Source of the DNA: Candidatus Omnitrophota bacterium | GTDB taxonomy: Bacteria > Omnitrophota > Gorgyraeia > Duberdicusellales > 4484-171 | DNA: 64,000 nucleotides | Direction of reading: 5' to 3' | Assembly: GCA_024231025.1 (NCBI GenBank) | Contig: JAAEQW010000120.1 | Location: 66,324-130,323, forward strand | Shown: piece after piece, positions 1-10,208 of the stretch | Layout: each line of letters begins with the position of its first letter | How positions within the stretch are numbered: the first letter of the stretch is position 1 | Position numbers and translations under genes: made by a program | The notes under the pieces: model-generated | What the model saw: the letters and a program-made list of their open reading frames with translations, nothing else | Databases searched by the model: none | What the model was told of the DNA's origin: nothing

Positions 1-402
1 GGTATATTTTTTTTTGCAAGCATAAAGCTCTATATGATTATCTCTATCGCATATACTCTGAAGAATCTCAAGTATCTTCGCAATATAATTAAACATGACC
101 TCCGTATAGCGCTGTAATTCAGTCAGATAAGCATTCTTAACGCCATTGGTATCCGTAAAATTAAAATGCTCTCCGATATACTCGTACATCTCATTAAGCT
201 TAAGAAGTATCCGCTTATAAGAATCGTTTCCAAAATAATTTAACACATTTCTAAAATCTACTTTCAACTTCTTCAAATGCGCCTGGAGCTTACCGCTTAC
301 AGCAACAATACAAAAATCACCGATCTCCAGCCGCCTCTCTTTAATGAAGGATTGGAACTCTTCAAATTCTTCAATGAATACCATAAGAACAATCTTTCTC
401 AT
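1..402 (-). CDS. hypothetical protein, N-terminal fragment only (gene runs off the window start); start is ATG at 402 or at 384
   Basis: Hand translation of the minus strand from ATG 402..400, directly after the TAG stop (403-405) of the upstream gene (MRKIVLMVFIEEFEEFQSFIKERRLEIGDFCIVAVSGKLQAHLKKLKVDF...), stays open in frame to base 1. It is absent from the ORF track only because it has no in-window stop. No recognisable domain. Confidence 0.4.
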   Translation of the reverse strand, partial: MRKIVLMVFIEEFEEFQSFIKERRLEIGDFCIVAVSGKLQAHLKKLKVDFRNVLNYFGNDSYKRILLKLNEMYEYIGEHFNFTDTNGVKNAYLTELQRYTEVMFNYIAKILEILQSICDRDNHIELYACKKKYT

Positions 403-1302
403 CTACACCCTCGCGATTGCAATAAGCGCATCGCTTTTCCCTTCAGATTCAACTTGCTGTTTATAAAAATTTTCAGTTTTTTTGTACTCCCCATCAACTT
501 CGAACACCGGACAATCTATCTGTGGCTTACCGACTATAAGCCAATTGCATAAGTTTAGTAATCCGTACCTTTGCTGGTATTTGATCTGAACATTGTCATA
601 TTCCGCCTTCTTAAAGCAGGCTAATAATGTTTTTTCATTAAAGTAGTTAAGATGTGCCCTTATCCAATAAAAATCATTATAAGATTTACACGTATCTAAA
701 AGTAGTTCGTTTTCATTAGGAACTTCGCAAATAAAAACTCCGTTAGGATTCATAAATTTTTTAATCGTCCTTAAAAACATAATCGGCTCAGCCATGTGCT
801 CTAAAACATGGAATAAGGTAATAACGTTAAACTTTCCGATATCTTTGCTGGGATTATCCAAGTCAAAATCTATCACCATCGCTGGACTATATTTACAGGC
901 TATTTCTCTTCGTTGGATACTAGGCTCTATGCCCAAAATGTTTTTATATCCTTGGTTATGTAATTCAGTCACAAAAAACCCATAACCGGTGCCAATATCT
1001 AATATTTTACAATTAGCATCCGGGCAAAGCTGCTTGATAAGCTCAACGTGTCTTGTGGTATCAAAAAAATTATTAGCCACTAACTTATTGTAATCAATGT
1101 CCTTTCCTCTGCTCTTATCCTGTAGATTTTTGTCATAGAATTCCTTATCTTCCTGAGCAGTTGGCTTCGGCACAAGTTGCACGTGGCTGCATTCTTTACA
1201 CTTATAAACCTTATATTTCACGCGATCATCCCGTAATTTATCTTTTATAAGCTCAAACTCATTAAAACTGCATATGTTGCAACAGTTATTATCAATTTTC
1301 AT
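403..1302 (-). CDS. class I SAM-dependent methyltransferase with N-terminal Cys4 zinc-ribbon
   Basis: N-terminal CxxC...CxxC (CCNIC...CKEC), then Rossmann motif I ILDIGTGYGFF and motif II/III-like spacing. Layout resembles sugar C-/O-methyltransferases of polysaccharide loci. Confidence 0.6.
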   Translation of the reverse strand: MKIDNNCCNICSFNEFELIKDKLRDDRVKYKVYKCKECSHVQLVPKPTAQEDKEFYDKNLQDKSRGKDIDYNKLVANNFFDTTRHVELIKQLCPDANCKILDIGTGYGFFVTELHNQGYKNILGIEPSIQRREIACKYSPAMVIDFDLDNPSKDIGKFNVITLFHVLEHMAEPIMFLRTIKKFMNPNGVFICEVPNENELLLDTCKSYNDFYWIRAHLNYFNEKTLLACFKKAEYDNVQIKYQQRYGLLNLCNWLIVGKPQIDCPVFEVDGEYKKTENFYKQQVESEGKSDALIAIARV

Positions 1303-2777
1303 GCTGCTTTTCCTTTTGGTAAAAAACTAAACAATACGCCTTTCACCTTCATTATCGACTGCTTATTCATTACTCCTGATTTAATCCCTACGTAAAAGAA
1401 ACTGACGATAAAACCCATTTTTACCAAATAAAAACCTATGCTATTGAACCTTATGTGCTTCAAATATAAAACAGAGATTGTCGATAAAATTATAACTACA
1501 TATAATGCGATTATGGACTTCCACTCATACCTAATTCTATACACTCTCTGCCCAACCAAGGCTAGTAATACATTAACAAAAAAATAAAATATAACGGAAG
1601 CAATAACTGCTCCCAACAATCCAATTCTAGGAATTAAAATTATATTTGCTACCACATTTACCAATGTGCCCACAATAGTAATGGGGAATATCCAATAGGC
1701 TTTCTTGCTATAGGCATATTGAACGCCACAATACATCCCAAAAATTTGCATAGATACAGCCGCCGACAAAACAATTATTATATCAATGGCAGCATGGTAA
1801 GATACCGGGGCCAATAGATAAACTATTTCCTGAGCAAAAAGAATAACGAAAAGCACAGGAGCTAACGAAATGTAAGCAAACTTAGTAAACAAGCTGCCCA
1901 CATATTCACAAGCCTGATTTCCTTTTTTAAAAACTTCACTATAGTAAACCGGCTGAAAGGCAGCCCACACCTTGCTCATTAAAAAAAAGATTCCGTTGCT
2001 AACAATTTGACCAATATTATATATTCCCACTATCGAAAGAGAGAGCATATTATTTAACATATACTTATCAAAAAACTTGGTAACAAAACCGGTAAATGCC
2101 TTAGGTACTACCTGTAAACCATATTTCATATTGTCCCAAAGAATTTTTGCACTGAAGGAGCATTTCAGCTTTCGATTAAAATGCACCATCATTGCCAAGC
2201 AAACTATCCCCGAGCCCAGTAATGATCCATACAGTACACCCATATATGACATTTTAAAACACCAAACCAAAATTAACCCGCCAACAGCAATTATAAAAGA
2301 CTGCATCACTGTAAATATAGAATGCGTAGTGGCTTTTTCCATATTCTGATATAGATTAAAATAAAAATTATTAATTTTGCCTAAATACCCCGCAATAAAA
2401 GTTACAAAAATAGCAAATCCAAAACTACTTTCGCCTAATGTTAAATTAGAGATCACATCTTTTGAAAAATACACCCCAATCGATGATATTACCATGGTTG
2501 CATATAAAAAAATCTGTAACGAAAAAACAAAGGCAGCAAATTTTTCATTGTCATTCTTATACTCAAAATAATACCTTTGTGCAGCTGCCGGCAACGCACA
2601 ACTCAAAACACTGACGGCCATCGATGGAAATAACCACATAAGAGCTATAACACCAAACTCACGAGGAGAAAGCAGCCTTGTCAAAATCGGCAAGACAATT
2701 AAATGAACGCCATACGTAAAAAATTTTGGCATAACGTAAATAAAAATATTTTTTATATGCCGATCAGTTAACGCCAC
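1299..2777 (-). CDS. polysaccharide biosynthesis protein / oligosaccharide flippase (Wzx-like, MOP superfamily)
   Basis: 492 aa, about 12-14 predicted hydrophobic helices throughout, typical size and architecture. 4-bp overlap with the downstream gene. Confidence 0.65.
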   Translation of the reverse strand: MALTDRHIKNIFIYVMPKFFTYGVHLIVLPILTRLLSPREFGVIALMWLFPSMAVSVLSCALPAAAQRYYFEYKNDNEKFAAFVFSLQIFLYATMVISSIGVYFSKDVISNLTLGESSFGFAIFVTFIAGYLGKINNFYFNLYQNMEKATTHSIFTVMQSFIIAVGGLILVWCFKMSYMGVLYGSLLGSGIVCLAMMVHFNRKLKCSFSAKILWDNMKYGLQVVPKAFTGFVTKFFDKYMLNNMLSLSIVGIYNIGQIVSNGIFFLMSKVWAAFQPVYYSEVFKKGNQACEYVGSLFTKFAYISLAPVLFVILFAQEIVYLLAPVSYHAAIDIIIVLSAAVSMQIFGMYCGVQYAYSKKAYWIFPITIVGTLVNVVANIILIPRIGLLGAVIASVIFYFFVNVLLALVGQRVYRIRYEWKSIIALYVVIILSTISVLYLKHIRFNSIGFYLVKMGFIVSFFYVGIKSGVMNKQSIMKVKGVLFSFLPKGKAA

Positions 2778-4797
2778 TTATTACCTTCTCTTTGCCCCAC
2801 GCATCTACATATCTGCTATTTGCATAATCCATAACTTGTTTGCGTGTTTTGCCCTTGCTAAAACCATTTAAAAGCCAGCTTATATATTGCCCCATTCTTT
2901 CTGCCGACCTGCCATCGCAGAATGGATCTTTCTCCTTAAGCCCCGGAACCAAGGAACCGTTGCCAAGATCATCGTTAACTTTAGGATTCAAACGATAATC
3001 CTTAATCGCCATAATCAACTTATCCAAATCATTAAAAACCAGAAGGTCTTTTTTGCAATATTCGGGATATGAGTGAAGACCTTCCAAGTCAAGGTAAATC
3101 ACACGCACACCAGATAAGAAATTCTCTAAAGAGGTAGTACCCCCAATTAATAATGAAATTGCAAAATCGGCAGCTTGCCCAATTTCCGTAGGATAATTCT
3201 CTGCCATGTACTCGCCGCCCATGAACACGCATCTTCCGGTGTCTTTTGCCTGCTGCATAAGTCCTGAGATCTCTGACAATCTTGTCTGCAAGGTTCGGGG
3301 ACGTTTTGGGCTACAAATTAAACCAATGGTCTTATCGTTCAGCACCCAGTTTAAAAGATACTTATATATCAACCTGCTCCTGCCATTAGGAATAATGCTC
3401 ATACGACGATCAGATGAATTTTCATCAAAATAACAAACAATAAACTCTGCACCATTATCTAGCAATTTTTTACGTAACTTAGCAGACTTTTCTTTAACTT
3501 GAGAAAATGAATAGTCCGTTAGGAACCCGGAAACAATAACCGCCTCATTGCAAGTTCCGCTAGCAAGAAGCTTCGAATGGTAGTAAGGGCCAAAAACAAA
3601 ATACGCATCAGCAGATGAACCTAAAATAACATTGGAAATTGGCCAATTGGACAATTGGTGACTTACGCTTACTCCTCCGGCGTTAGCCAAAGCAAGACGA
3701 CGAGCAATGCGGTAAGGATCAAAATCAACAAAATCAACATCAACCTTAATCCCATTGATCATATAAAAATCATATGCCTGTGCAAAAGAACGAATAAAAT
3801 GCATTATCGCCGGAAAAAATATTATCGAGATAAATCTTCGACGCAACATCTCTCTAGCCACTAACGATAACGCCTTAAAGGTAAGACCTATAATCATTTT
3901 CGCAACTCTAGGTGTAGGTTGATAAACTGCAACATTTTTGGAAGTCGTTGCCTTATCGGAAACAGCCATACAATTTACCCCTTGTTCCTTTAGCATAGTG
4001 GCCATATCTTCTGTAAGTGGCATATCTTTTCGATCAAAATAAATTAGTGCCTGCTTACGTTCAATGTCCGACAGTAAAAGCCACGGAAAATCATTACGCG
4101 CAGTAAGATTAAAATTTAACCCCCTTAAAGTATATAAAGATGATACTAGTGGTTCTTTGTTCGGCGCATCTCTTTTCTTGGTAAGATTTACAATTGATTT
4201 TAAGCAAGTAACGCTAGAAACATGTACATTGCCTACAAAAAAATAGCAGTATCCCAATATTTTCCTAAATGAAATATGCGAAACTACAGTTAAGTTGCAT
4301 TCTTTTATCGCGAATTCTTTTAAGCTATTAAAAAATAATGTCTTCTCTATGGCAAATTCAACAACTTTTGCACTAGCTTTTTGTGAATTTTTGCAATACC
4401 AAGAAATAACATTCATGAAAACTACAACATCTTTCATCTCTTTGCCAGCAAGTTTTCTAAAAAATATTTTGATTTTTTCTGAACTGTTTGGTTTAAAGAT
4501 TTTGGCAAAAGAATCAACAAAAGTATTCACATCTAGGATATTTTTTTGTATATCATCGCAAACACCGATCAAATCTTTACCAAATATTTTTGGAAAATAA
4601 CTTTCACCTAAATCATTTTTGATTTCAGAAAGACGGAAGTCGAATAGGCTGACTTGCTTGTTTAGCCCAAGCGAAATAAGCAAAAACTTTGCCAATCTAG
4701 AGATGTTAAAGTAATACATTTTCTCATACTGCTTGAAACAAAAAAATGCCCTTATCGCATCTGCCGCATTGAAGTAATCATAAAAAATTATTTTCAT
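2764..4797 (-). CDS. large hypothetical protein (677 aa), putative nonulosonate / capsule-type glycosyltransferase or polymerase
   Basis: No canonical motif recognised by eye. One or two internal hydrophobic segments (IIGLTFKALSLVA...ISIIFFPAIMHF). The C-terminal half has alternating beta-alpha character. Sits between the flippase and the nonulosonic-acid biosynthesis genes, so a transferase role is a context inference only. Confidence 0.3.
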   Translation of the reverse strand: MKIIFYDYFNAADAIRAFFCFKQYEKMYYFNISRLAKFLLISLGLNKQVSLFDFRLSEIKNDLGESYFPKIFGKDLIGVCDDIQKNILDVNTFVDSFAKIFKPNSSEKIKIFFRKLAGKEMKDVVVFMNVISWYCKNSQKASAKVVEFAIEKTLFFNSLKEFAIKECNLTVVSHISFRKILGYCYFFVGNVHVSSVTCLKSIVNLTKKRDAPNKEPLVSSLYTLRGLNFNLTARNDFPWLLLSDIERKQALIYFDRKDMPLTEDMATMLKEQGVNCMAVSDKATTSKNVAVYQPTPRVAKMIIGLTFKALSLVAREMLRRRFISIIFFPAIMHFIRSFAQAYDFYMINGIKVDVDFVDFDPYRIARRLALANAGGVSVSHQLSNWPISNVILGSSADAYFVFGPYYHSKLLASGTCNEAVIVSGFLTDYSFSQVKEKSAKLRKKLLDNGAEFIVCYFDENSSDRRMSIIPNGRSRLIYKYLLNWVLNDKTIGLICSPKRPRTLQTRLSEISGLMQQAKDTGRCVFMGGEYMAENYPTEIGQAADFAISLLIGGTTSLENFLSGVRVIYLDLEGLHSYPEYCKKDLLVFNDLDKLIMAIKDYRLNPKVNDDLGNGSLVPGLKEKDPFCDGRSAERMGQYISWLLNGFSKGKTRKQVMDYANSRYVDAWGKEKVISGVN

Positions 4798-5573
4798 TTT
4801 TGTGACTTATTTTTTACAAAAAGGCGAATTGTATTATTCTTATATATATGCTCTTCTTTAAAAGGTATCGGTAGCGAAGAGCATGCTTCGGTAAAGATTT
4901 TACTCACAATCATCTTTAACCCCTGCCTTTCAAACATCTTCTTAAAATTACGAGGATATGCAGTACAGGTGCCCTCGCTTTCTAAGATAAGAACAAATTT
5001 GTTACTAACCCTGGCCATCTCCTTAAAAATATGATTGGCTTTAGGCGGTATACTTACCAACACCGAATGACAAAAAACTAAATCGAAGCCACCTGTAGGA
5101 AATTTCTTAATTTCTTCGGCAGCATCTCCCGTAATGATTTTAGTGGCATGATGCATTTCAGGAAAGCTTGCTTCCATAAGCTTCACCGCCTCGCTACCAA
5201 TTTCAATGCCGGTTAAATTTTTATAGCCTTGTTTGTGCAAGTAATTTAAAGACCTCCCGACATTACAGCCAATCTCAAGAATAGCACCCTCTTTAGATAG
5301 ATACGGAAGCACTTCCTTAAAAAGTTCCTCGGTGGATTTGTCCTCATCCAAATATGTTTTTGGATCAACCAACGAATCTTGCGTTCCCTGTTTCAACCAT
5401 CTGCCGCGCATAGAAGCCGACGACGTTGAAAGCAGCGGAGAAATTCCATGATCAACAAAAAAAGTTGAGACCTTAAGATAAGCGTATCTTGCTCGTTTGT
5501 TGTTAAGTACTAAAGAGGAGACTCTCTTGAAAACTGGAAAAACTATCTTTTTTATTTCGTGTTTTACTCTCAT
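4794..5573 (-). CDS. class I SAM-dependent methyltransferase
   Basis: Motif I LEIGCNVGRSL, acidic residue after beta2 (GIEIGSEAV), motif post-I/II. 259 aa. Confidence 0.6.
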   Translation of the reverse strand: MRVKHEIKKIVFPVFKRVSSLVLNNKRARYAYLKVSTFFVDHGISPLLSTSSASMRGRWLKQGTQDSLVDPKTYLDEDKSTEELFKEVLPYLSKEGAILEIGCNVGRSLNYLHKQGYKNLTGIEIGSEAVKLMEASFPEMHHATKIITGDAAEEIKKFPTGGFDLVFCHSVLVSIPPKANHIFKEMARVSNKFVLILESEGTCTAYPRNFKKMFERQGLKMIVSKIFTEACSSLPIPFKEEHIYKNNTIRLFVKNKSQK

Positions 5574-6157
5574 TAGTTTTTCTCCTCTGTGAATTCATTC
5601 TTAAGAAGGCCCATCCTATAACAATCTAAGTATTCGTCATTTAAATAAAAACTCTGCCTCAATGTTCCCTCAAGCTGAAAACCCGCCTTTTCAAAAGCCT
5701 TGCGAGAACCCTCATTGCCAGCAATAACACCGGCGCAAAGCTTATGAAGATTAAGCCTGTTAAAAGCGTGCGCAGCTATTAATCTTATTGCTTTAGTGGC
5801 GTAACCTTTACCCCATTGCTCCTTGTCTCCGACAATAATTCCAATCTCACCATTTCTATTTCTCCAATCTATTTGCTGCAAAGTAATATTGCCGATATGC
5901 TTATCGCAAGATTTATGAAATATTCCGGTTAAAATGCCATTCTGATTTTTTGAGAAATCATCTACATATTTTTTTAATGCCATCTCGGTTACAGGAAATC
6001 TTCCACTACCCATATAAGTAGTATTTTCTTGATCATTAAGCCAAGATTCATACTCGCTAAAATCGCCTTCCTGTGTCAGGGTACGCAAATAAATTGTATC
6101 ACTATCAATAAAAACTGACACCGCTTTTTTCTCGCTGAATATTTTGTCTTGTTCCAT
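5573..6157 (-). CDS. GNAT family N-acetyltransferase (PseH-like candidate)
   Basis: GNAT motif A region QWGKGYATKAIRLIAAHAF and motif B (AGNEGSRKAFEKAGF). 194 aa, adjacent to the NeuB-family synthase as in pse loci. Confidence 0.6.
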   Translation of the reverse strand: MEQDKIFSEKKAVSVFIDSDTIYLRTLTQEGDFSEYESWLNDQENTTYMGSGRFPVTEMALKKYVDDFSKNQNGILTGIFHKSCDKHIGNITLQQIDWRNRNGEIGIIVGDKEQWGKGYATKAIRLIAAHAFNRLNLHKLCAGVIAGNEGSRKAFEKAGFQLEGTLRQSFYLNDEYLDCYRMGLLKNEFTEEKN

Positions 6158-6185
6158 ATAAACCTTCTTTCTTAAATAGTACTTA

Positions 6186-7247
6186 CTACGCTATCGAGCC
6201 CCAATTTAAAGGGGTTCCCTTTTTAATACCCCTTTTGGCCGCTTTTCCCAGAACTTTTTTTAGATTACTCGGAGCCAAGCCCATACCGGGCCGTATCGAC
6301 CTTATATTTTCCTTGGTAAACAGTTGGCCTTTTGTTATATCCTCTACTGCAAACAATGAGCGCCTAAAAACGCGATTGTTTTTTTCTTCGTCGGTTAAAC
6401 CATAGCTTATTTTCCCTAAAGCAACTTCAACTGTGCGTACATCTCTTACGAGAGTCTTTAGCTCTTCTGGTTCAATTGAAAAAAAACTATCGGAAGTTTT
6501 CATTTTTCTAGATAAAGTAAAATGTTTTTCTATTGCCACTGCCCCCACTGCAACCCCAGCAACTGACACTGCAGCACCCATGGTATGATCAGAAAGACCA
6601 ATCGGACAATTAAACTTCTTTTTCATATCATTTATTGTGTTTAAGTTCATGTTTTTGGGATTTGCCGGATAACTGCTTACGCATTTGAGCAAAATTATAT
6701 CCTTTGCTCCCGCCTTTCTAGCCACCGCCACTGCTTCTTTAATCTCCGAAAAACTAGCCATGCCAGTTGAAAGCATTAGTGGCTTTTTTGTTTTTGCCAT
6801 ATATTCAATCAGTGCTAAATCAACCAATTCAAATGATGCCAATTTATGCATCGGTACATTTATGCTTTCCAGTAAATCAACACTAGTTTTATCTGTTGCC
6901 GCAGAAAAAAATATAATTCCCAAATCATCAGCAACTTTTTTTAATTTTTTAAACCAATTCCAAGGAGCATACGATTTATCGTAAAGCTGGTAAAGAGTTT
7001 GCCCTCCCCACTTGGGGTGTTTTATTCTAAAATATCTATTATCAACATTAATCGTATGTGTATCAGCAGTATATGTTTGAAACTTTACAGCATCAGCCCC
7101 TGCTTTTTTAGCTTTTTTTATTAAATTTACAGCCCTGTTAAAGCTACGCCCATGATTAGCAGAAATTTCTGCAATCACAAAAACAGGGTTGCAGTCTCCA
7201 ATTGCTATATTGCTGGATTTTAATTTTATGCTATTCTTACAAGCCAT
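6186..7247 (-). CDS. pseI: N-acetylneuraminate/pseudaminate synthase family (NeuB/PseI/LegI)
   Basis: TIM-barrel NeuB N-terminus (NPVFVIAEISANHGRSFNRAVNLIKKAKKAGADAVKFQTY) plus C-terminal SAF/antifreeze-like domain (RSLFAVEDITKGQLFTKENIRSIRPG). Symbol chosen from context with PseB/PseC/PseG. Confidence 0.7.
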   Translation of the reverse strand: MACKNSIKLKSSNIAIGDCNPVFVIAEISANHGRSFNRAVNLIKKAKKAGADAVKFQTYTADTHTINVDNRYFRIKHPKWGGQTLYQLYDKSYAPWNWFKKLKKVADDLGIIFFSAATDKTSVDLLESINVPMHKLASFELVDLALIEYMAKTKKPLMLSTGMASFSEIKEAVAVARKAGAKDIILLKCVSSYPANPKNMNLNTINDMKKKFNCPIGLSDHTMGAAVSVAGVAVGAVAIEKHFTLSRKMKTSDSFFSIEPEELKTLVRDVRTVEVALGKISYGLTDEEKNNRVFRRSLFAVEDITKGQLFTKENIRSIRPGMGLAPSNLKKVLGKAAKRGIKKGTPLNWGSIA

Positions 7248-7248
7248 A

Positions 7249-7893
7249 TTAGTCCTTTCGATAAATCTTCAAAATATACTTATGCCCCTTGTGAACAAAA
7301 AACGCAGGGAAATCATCATTGTTAACTATACGCAATAAATTAAATTGTTTAGCCAATGTCGAATTTGGCGACATTTGACTGCTTTCTGAATCTCTGCGCT
7401 TATAATATGTGCTCTTGCCTTTTTGCTTAAGCGCTTTTAATCTTTTTCTCTTTCGTAAAAATTTCATACAAAGCTTTATCGTCGTTTCAGCTTGAATTTG
7501 CCTTACTTCACCATGAAGCTCATACCCCTTTAATAAGATATAGTCTTTCAAGTATACATCACCAGAATCCAAGGCGTCGGTGGCCTCAAACAAAACAATC
7601 GGTACTTTGTTTTTTCCTTCTAGTATTTGCCAAAACAACGGCGACCAACCCTTTCCTTGGGGTAAGGCGCTCTCATGCACAACCAGTACATGTTTATGTT
7701 TTTTAATAAAGCTTTTGCTTAAAACCTTAAAATAACTGAGCACAAACACAATTTCATAACTGTCAGATATTTGTTTAGGACTTGTAAAAAGTCTTGCGGA
7801 CACCTTTTTTTTAGCCAAGATATTGACCATTTTTTTTGCATAAGCCAAAAACCAACTGTCTTTTGACGTTAATATCGCAACTTTGCTTTTCAT
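7249..7893 (-). CDS. formyltransferase-domain protein (Fmt N-terminal-like)
   Basis: HESALPQGKGWSP...SGDVY region resembles the formyl_trans_N catalytic core (HxSLLP..rG, D). Such proteins recur in nonulosonic acid loci. 4-bp overlap with the upstream gene. Confidence 0.55.
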   Translation of the reverse strand: MKSKVAILTSKDSWFLAYAKKMVNILAKKKVSARLFTSPKQISDSYEIVFVLSYFKVLSKSFIKKHKHVLVVHESALPQGKGWSPLFWQILEGKNKVPIVLFEATDALDSGDVYLKDYILLKGYELHGEVRQIQAETTIKLCMKFLRKRKRLKALKQKGKSTYYKRRDSESSQMSPNSTLAKQFNLLRIVNNDDFPAFFVHKGHKYILKIYRKD

Positions 7894-8630
7894 CTCACCA
7901 CCCTGATCGTCTTAAAAACCTCCGCGCAACCAATACCCGCCTTAACGCCCCAATCTTGCGCTCTTAATTTTATGGCGCTAATTGAACGCGGATGACTGTC
8001 ATCTCTTAGCTCATCTTTATACTCACCCATAGCTTCCAACTTGACATTGATTGTTTTTGATATATCAAGAAACACGTCTGGAGAAAAACTATAAGGATAG
8101 CGCCACTCCGTAGAAGAAGGCACTTCAAAAGAATATATCTCCTTTACAGGTTCGTTAGCCAAGGGTCGCGTGGCCGTTAATACCGCCTTAAATGTTAACT
8201 GGTGATCTATATTCAAATCACCTTCATAATGAGTAAATATTACACTTGATTTTGTGTCATTCTTTATTTTTTCAATTGCCTTAACTATGTCGATAAATGC
8301 TATCGTGTCAAAACGATTATCGGGAAAGTCGCAAAAGAAAACCTCTTTTACTCCCATAATTTTGTTAGCTCTTCTAGAATGATCTTTAAGCCTTTCTATA
8401 TCCTTTGCTCTTTTCTCTGCATCTCTAGCATTATCTCGAGAAGTAACACCCTCTCCTAATATAAGCACATAGGCCTCGCTGCCATCCTGAACCAAGCGAG
8501 AAATCGCAGCTCCACAACCTAGAACTTCATCATCGGGATGAGCAGCCACAACTAAAATTTTTTCTTTTGCTAACACTTTTTTCTCCTTTTTTTTAGGATC
8601 TCGAAGATAAACATTTTTCAACATTGCCAT
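7890..8630 (-). CDS. PIG-L/LmbE family N-acetylglucosaminyl deacetylase
   Basis: Signature VVAAHPDDEVLGCGAAI (AHPDDE metal-binding motif) and downstream HxxH region. True start may be a few codons internal. Confidence 0.7.
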   Translation of the reverse strand: MAMLKNVYLRDPKKKEKKVLAKEKILVVAAHPDDEVLGCGAAISRLVQDGSEAYVLILGEGVTSRDNARDAEKRAKDIERLKDHSRRANKIMGVKEVFFCDFPDNRFDTIAFIDIVKAIEKIKNDTKSSVIFTHYEGDLNIDHQLTFKAVLTATRPLANEPVKEIYSFEVPSSTEWRYPYSFSPDVFLDISKTINVKLEAMGEYKDELRDDSHPRSISAIKLRAQDWGVKAGIGCAEVFKTIRVVR

Positions 8631-9324
8631 TGTGACTTATAAATTCGTCTTTGGTAACGTTATACGCGGTTAATACGCCCAATTCTAAATCCTTATACAC
8701 TGCACCGGTATCAATCCCAATCTTATAATCATCCACGTATGGCCTACTCTTGGCCGTATGCCCAAAGATTACTCTTCTTCCTTGGTACAGAATCTGAGAA
8801 TTTATAAACTCGTCACGTATAAAAACCATTCTTTCTTTATTGTGTTCTTTTAGTGGTTTATCTTTGTTCGTCGGCTCTATGCCAGCATGGACACATAAAA
8901 AGTCATCGCCCAGTTTGTGATACAGCGCAAGATTTGAACAAAACAGCAAAAAATCCTTTAGCTTTGCTGTAACTCCTTTTTTATCAACAAGAATCTGACG
9001 AGCCTCTTGCACGTCTAGCTTCTTGCCAATATAGCTTTCCAGCGTGGCAATACCTCCATAATTTATCAAAAAATCTAAAAATCTTTCTTCCCCTAAAAGA
9101 TATTGCATCCAAGCATGCTCATGATCGCCCATAAGAAAAATACATTTCTTTTCATCAGATAACCCTTGCAGGCGCTCGATAACCTCTTTTACCTTTGCAC
9201 CCTTATCTGAATAGTCACCTAAAAATATAATCTTACGGGCATCGCTAATATGTCCCAACAGGCTGTTAAGCTTATCGTATTCACCATGAATGTCAGTAAT
9301 AATATATGTCATCGCTTTGCCCAC
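8593..9324 (-). CDS. calcineurin-like metallophosphoesterase
   Basis: Motifs DIHGEY (GDxHG), GDYSDKG (GDxxDRG-like), GDHEHA (GNHE). Alternative start at MTYII (9312) abuts the stop of the upstream gene. Confidence 0.65.
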   Translation of the reverse strand: MGKAMTYIITDIHGEYDKLNSLLGHISDARKIIFLGDYSDKGAKVKEVIERLQGLSDEKKCIFLMGDHEHAWMQYLLGEERFLDFLINYGGIATLESYIGKKLDVQEARQILVDKKGVTAKLKDFLLFCSNLALYHKLGDDFLCVHAGIEPTNKDKPLKEHNKERMVFIRDEFINSQILYQGRRVIFGHTAKSRPYVDDYKIGIDTGAVYKDLELGVLTAYNVTKDEFISHNGNVEKCLSSRS

Positions 9325-10208
9325 TGCAGATTATCACCTAAAAACATCTTTAATCCACCATCAAAATTATAGTCAAATGATCCTGTAATATTCTTCAACT
9401 TAGAGTTATCCAGATAAAATTTTACATAATCCTTTGGTTCCTTTATCTCTATTTTAGAAGATGATCCCAATACAGCCTTTATTTTAGATGCAGTCATAAC
9501 AAAATCTGTCTCCTGACCATAAGAGCAGTTAATTATCTCTAGATTACTACTCCAGTCATAGGCTGTCGCAATCTTTTTCGTAAGTTGCGAAGCATCACCA
9601 ACGTAAATGGTTTCCCAAAACTTTAACCCAGTAGAATCAACAAGAACTAGCTCATTATTGATTAGTTTTTTTGCTACATTATATATATACCCCGCACGAC
9701 GAGGATAGCCATACAACCCCGGATACCTTAGAATTAACGCCTTTATTAAGCCCTTATTGGCATACGCAGCAATAGCATCTTCACCCCATTTTTTAGACAA
9801 TCCGTAAAAATGAATTGGATCAAGCCTTGCATTCTCCTTCACAGGACTAGCATTATCTGCAGCATAAACTGTCATTGATGAACAAAAAATTAATTTACCT
9901 ATATTTTTGTTAACCATAGTTTCCATCAAGTTTATTGTTGCCTGCAAATTAACATCCACCATGCCATTCGGGCATCGTCCATCATTTTGTATTTTTATAA
10001 CTGCTGCACAATGTATCACCAAATCTATTTCTGCAGATAACGCCCCCTCCAAAGAAGCAGCATCTCGAATATCACATTGTTTAAAATCAACTCCACTCAC
10101 AGGATTAGGACTATGGATGTCTATTACCGTGACATGATTTTCAGCAGAAAAATTCCTTGCCAAATAAGATCCTAAAAACCCCGCCCCTCCTGTTATGGCT
10201 ATATTCAC
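9309..10208 (-). CDS. NAD-dependent epimerase/dehydratase (extended SDR)
   Basis: N-terminal ITGGAGFLGSYLAR Rossmann motif, YxxxK region (YGLSKKWGE). Confidence 0.7.
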   Translation of the reverse strand: MNIAITGGAGFLGSYLARNFSAENHVTVIDIHSPNPVSGVDFKQCDIRDAASLEGALSAEIDLVIHCAAVIKIQNDGRCPNGMVDVNLQATINLMETMVNKNIGKLIFCSSMTVYAADNASPVKENARLDPIHFYGLSKKWGEDAIAAYANKGLIKALILRYPGLYGYPRRAGYIYNVAKKLINNELVLVDSTGLKFWETIYVGDASQLTKKIATAYDWSSNLEIINCSYGQETDFVMTASKIKAVLGSSSKIEIKEPKDYVKFYLDNSKLKNITGSFDYNFDGGLKMFLGDNLQWAKR

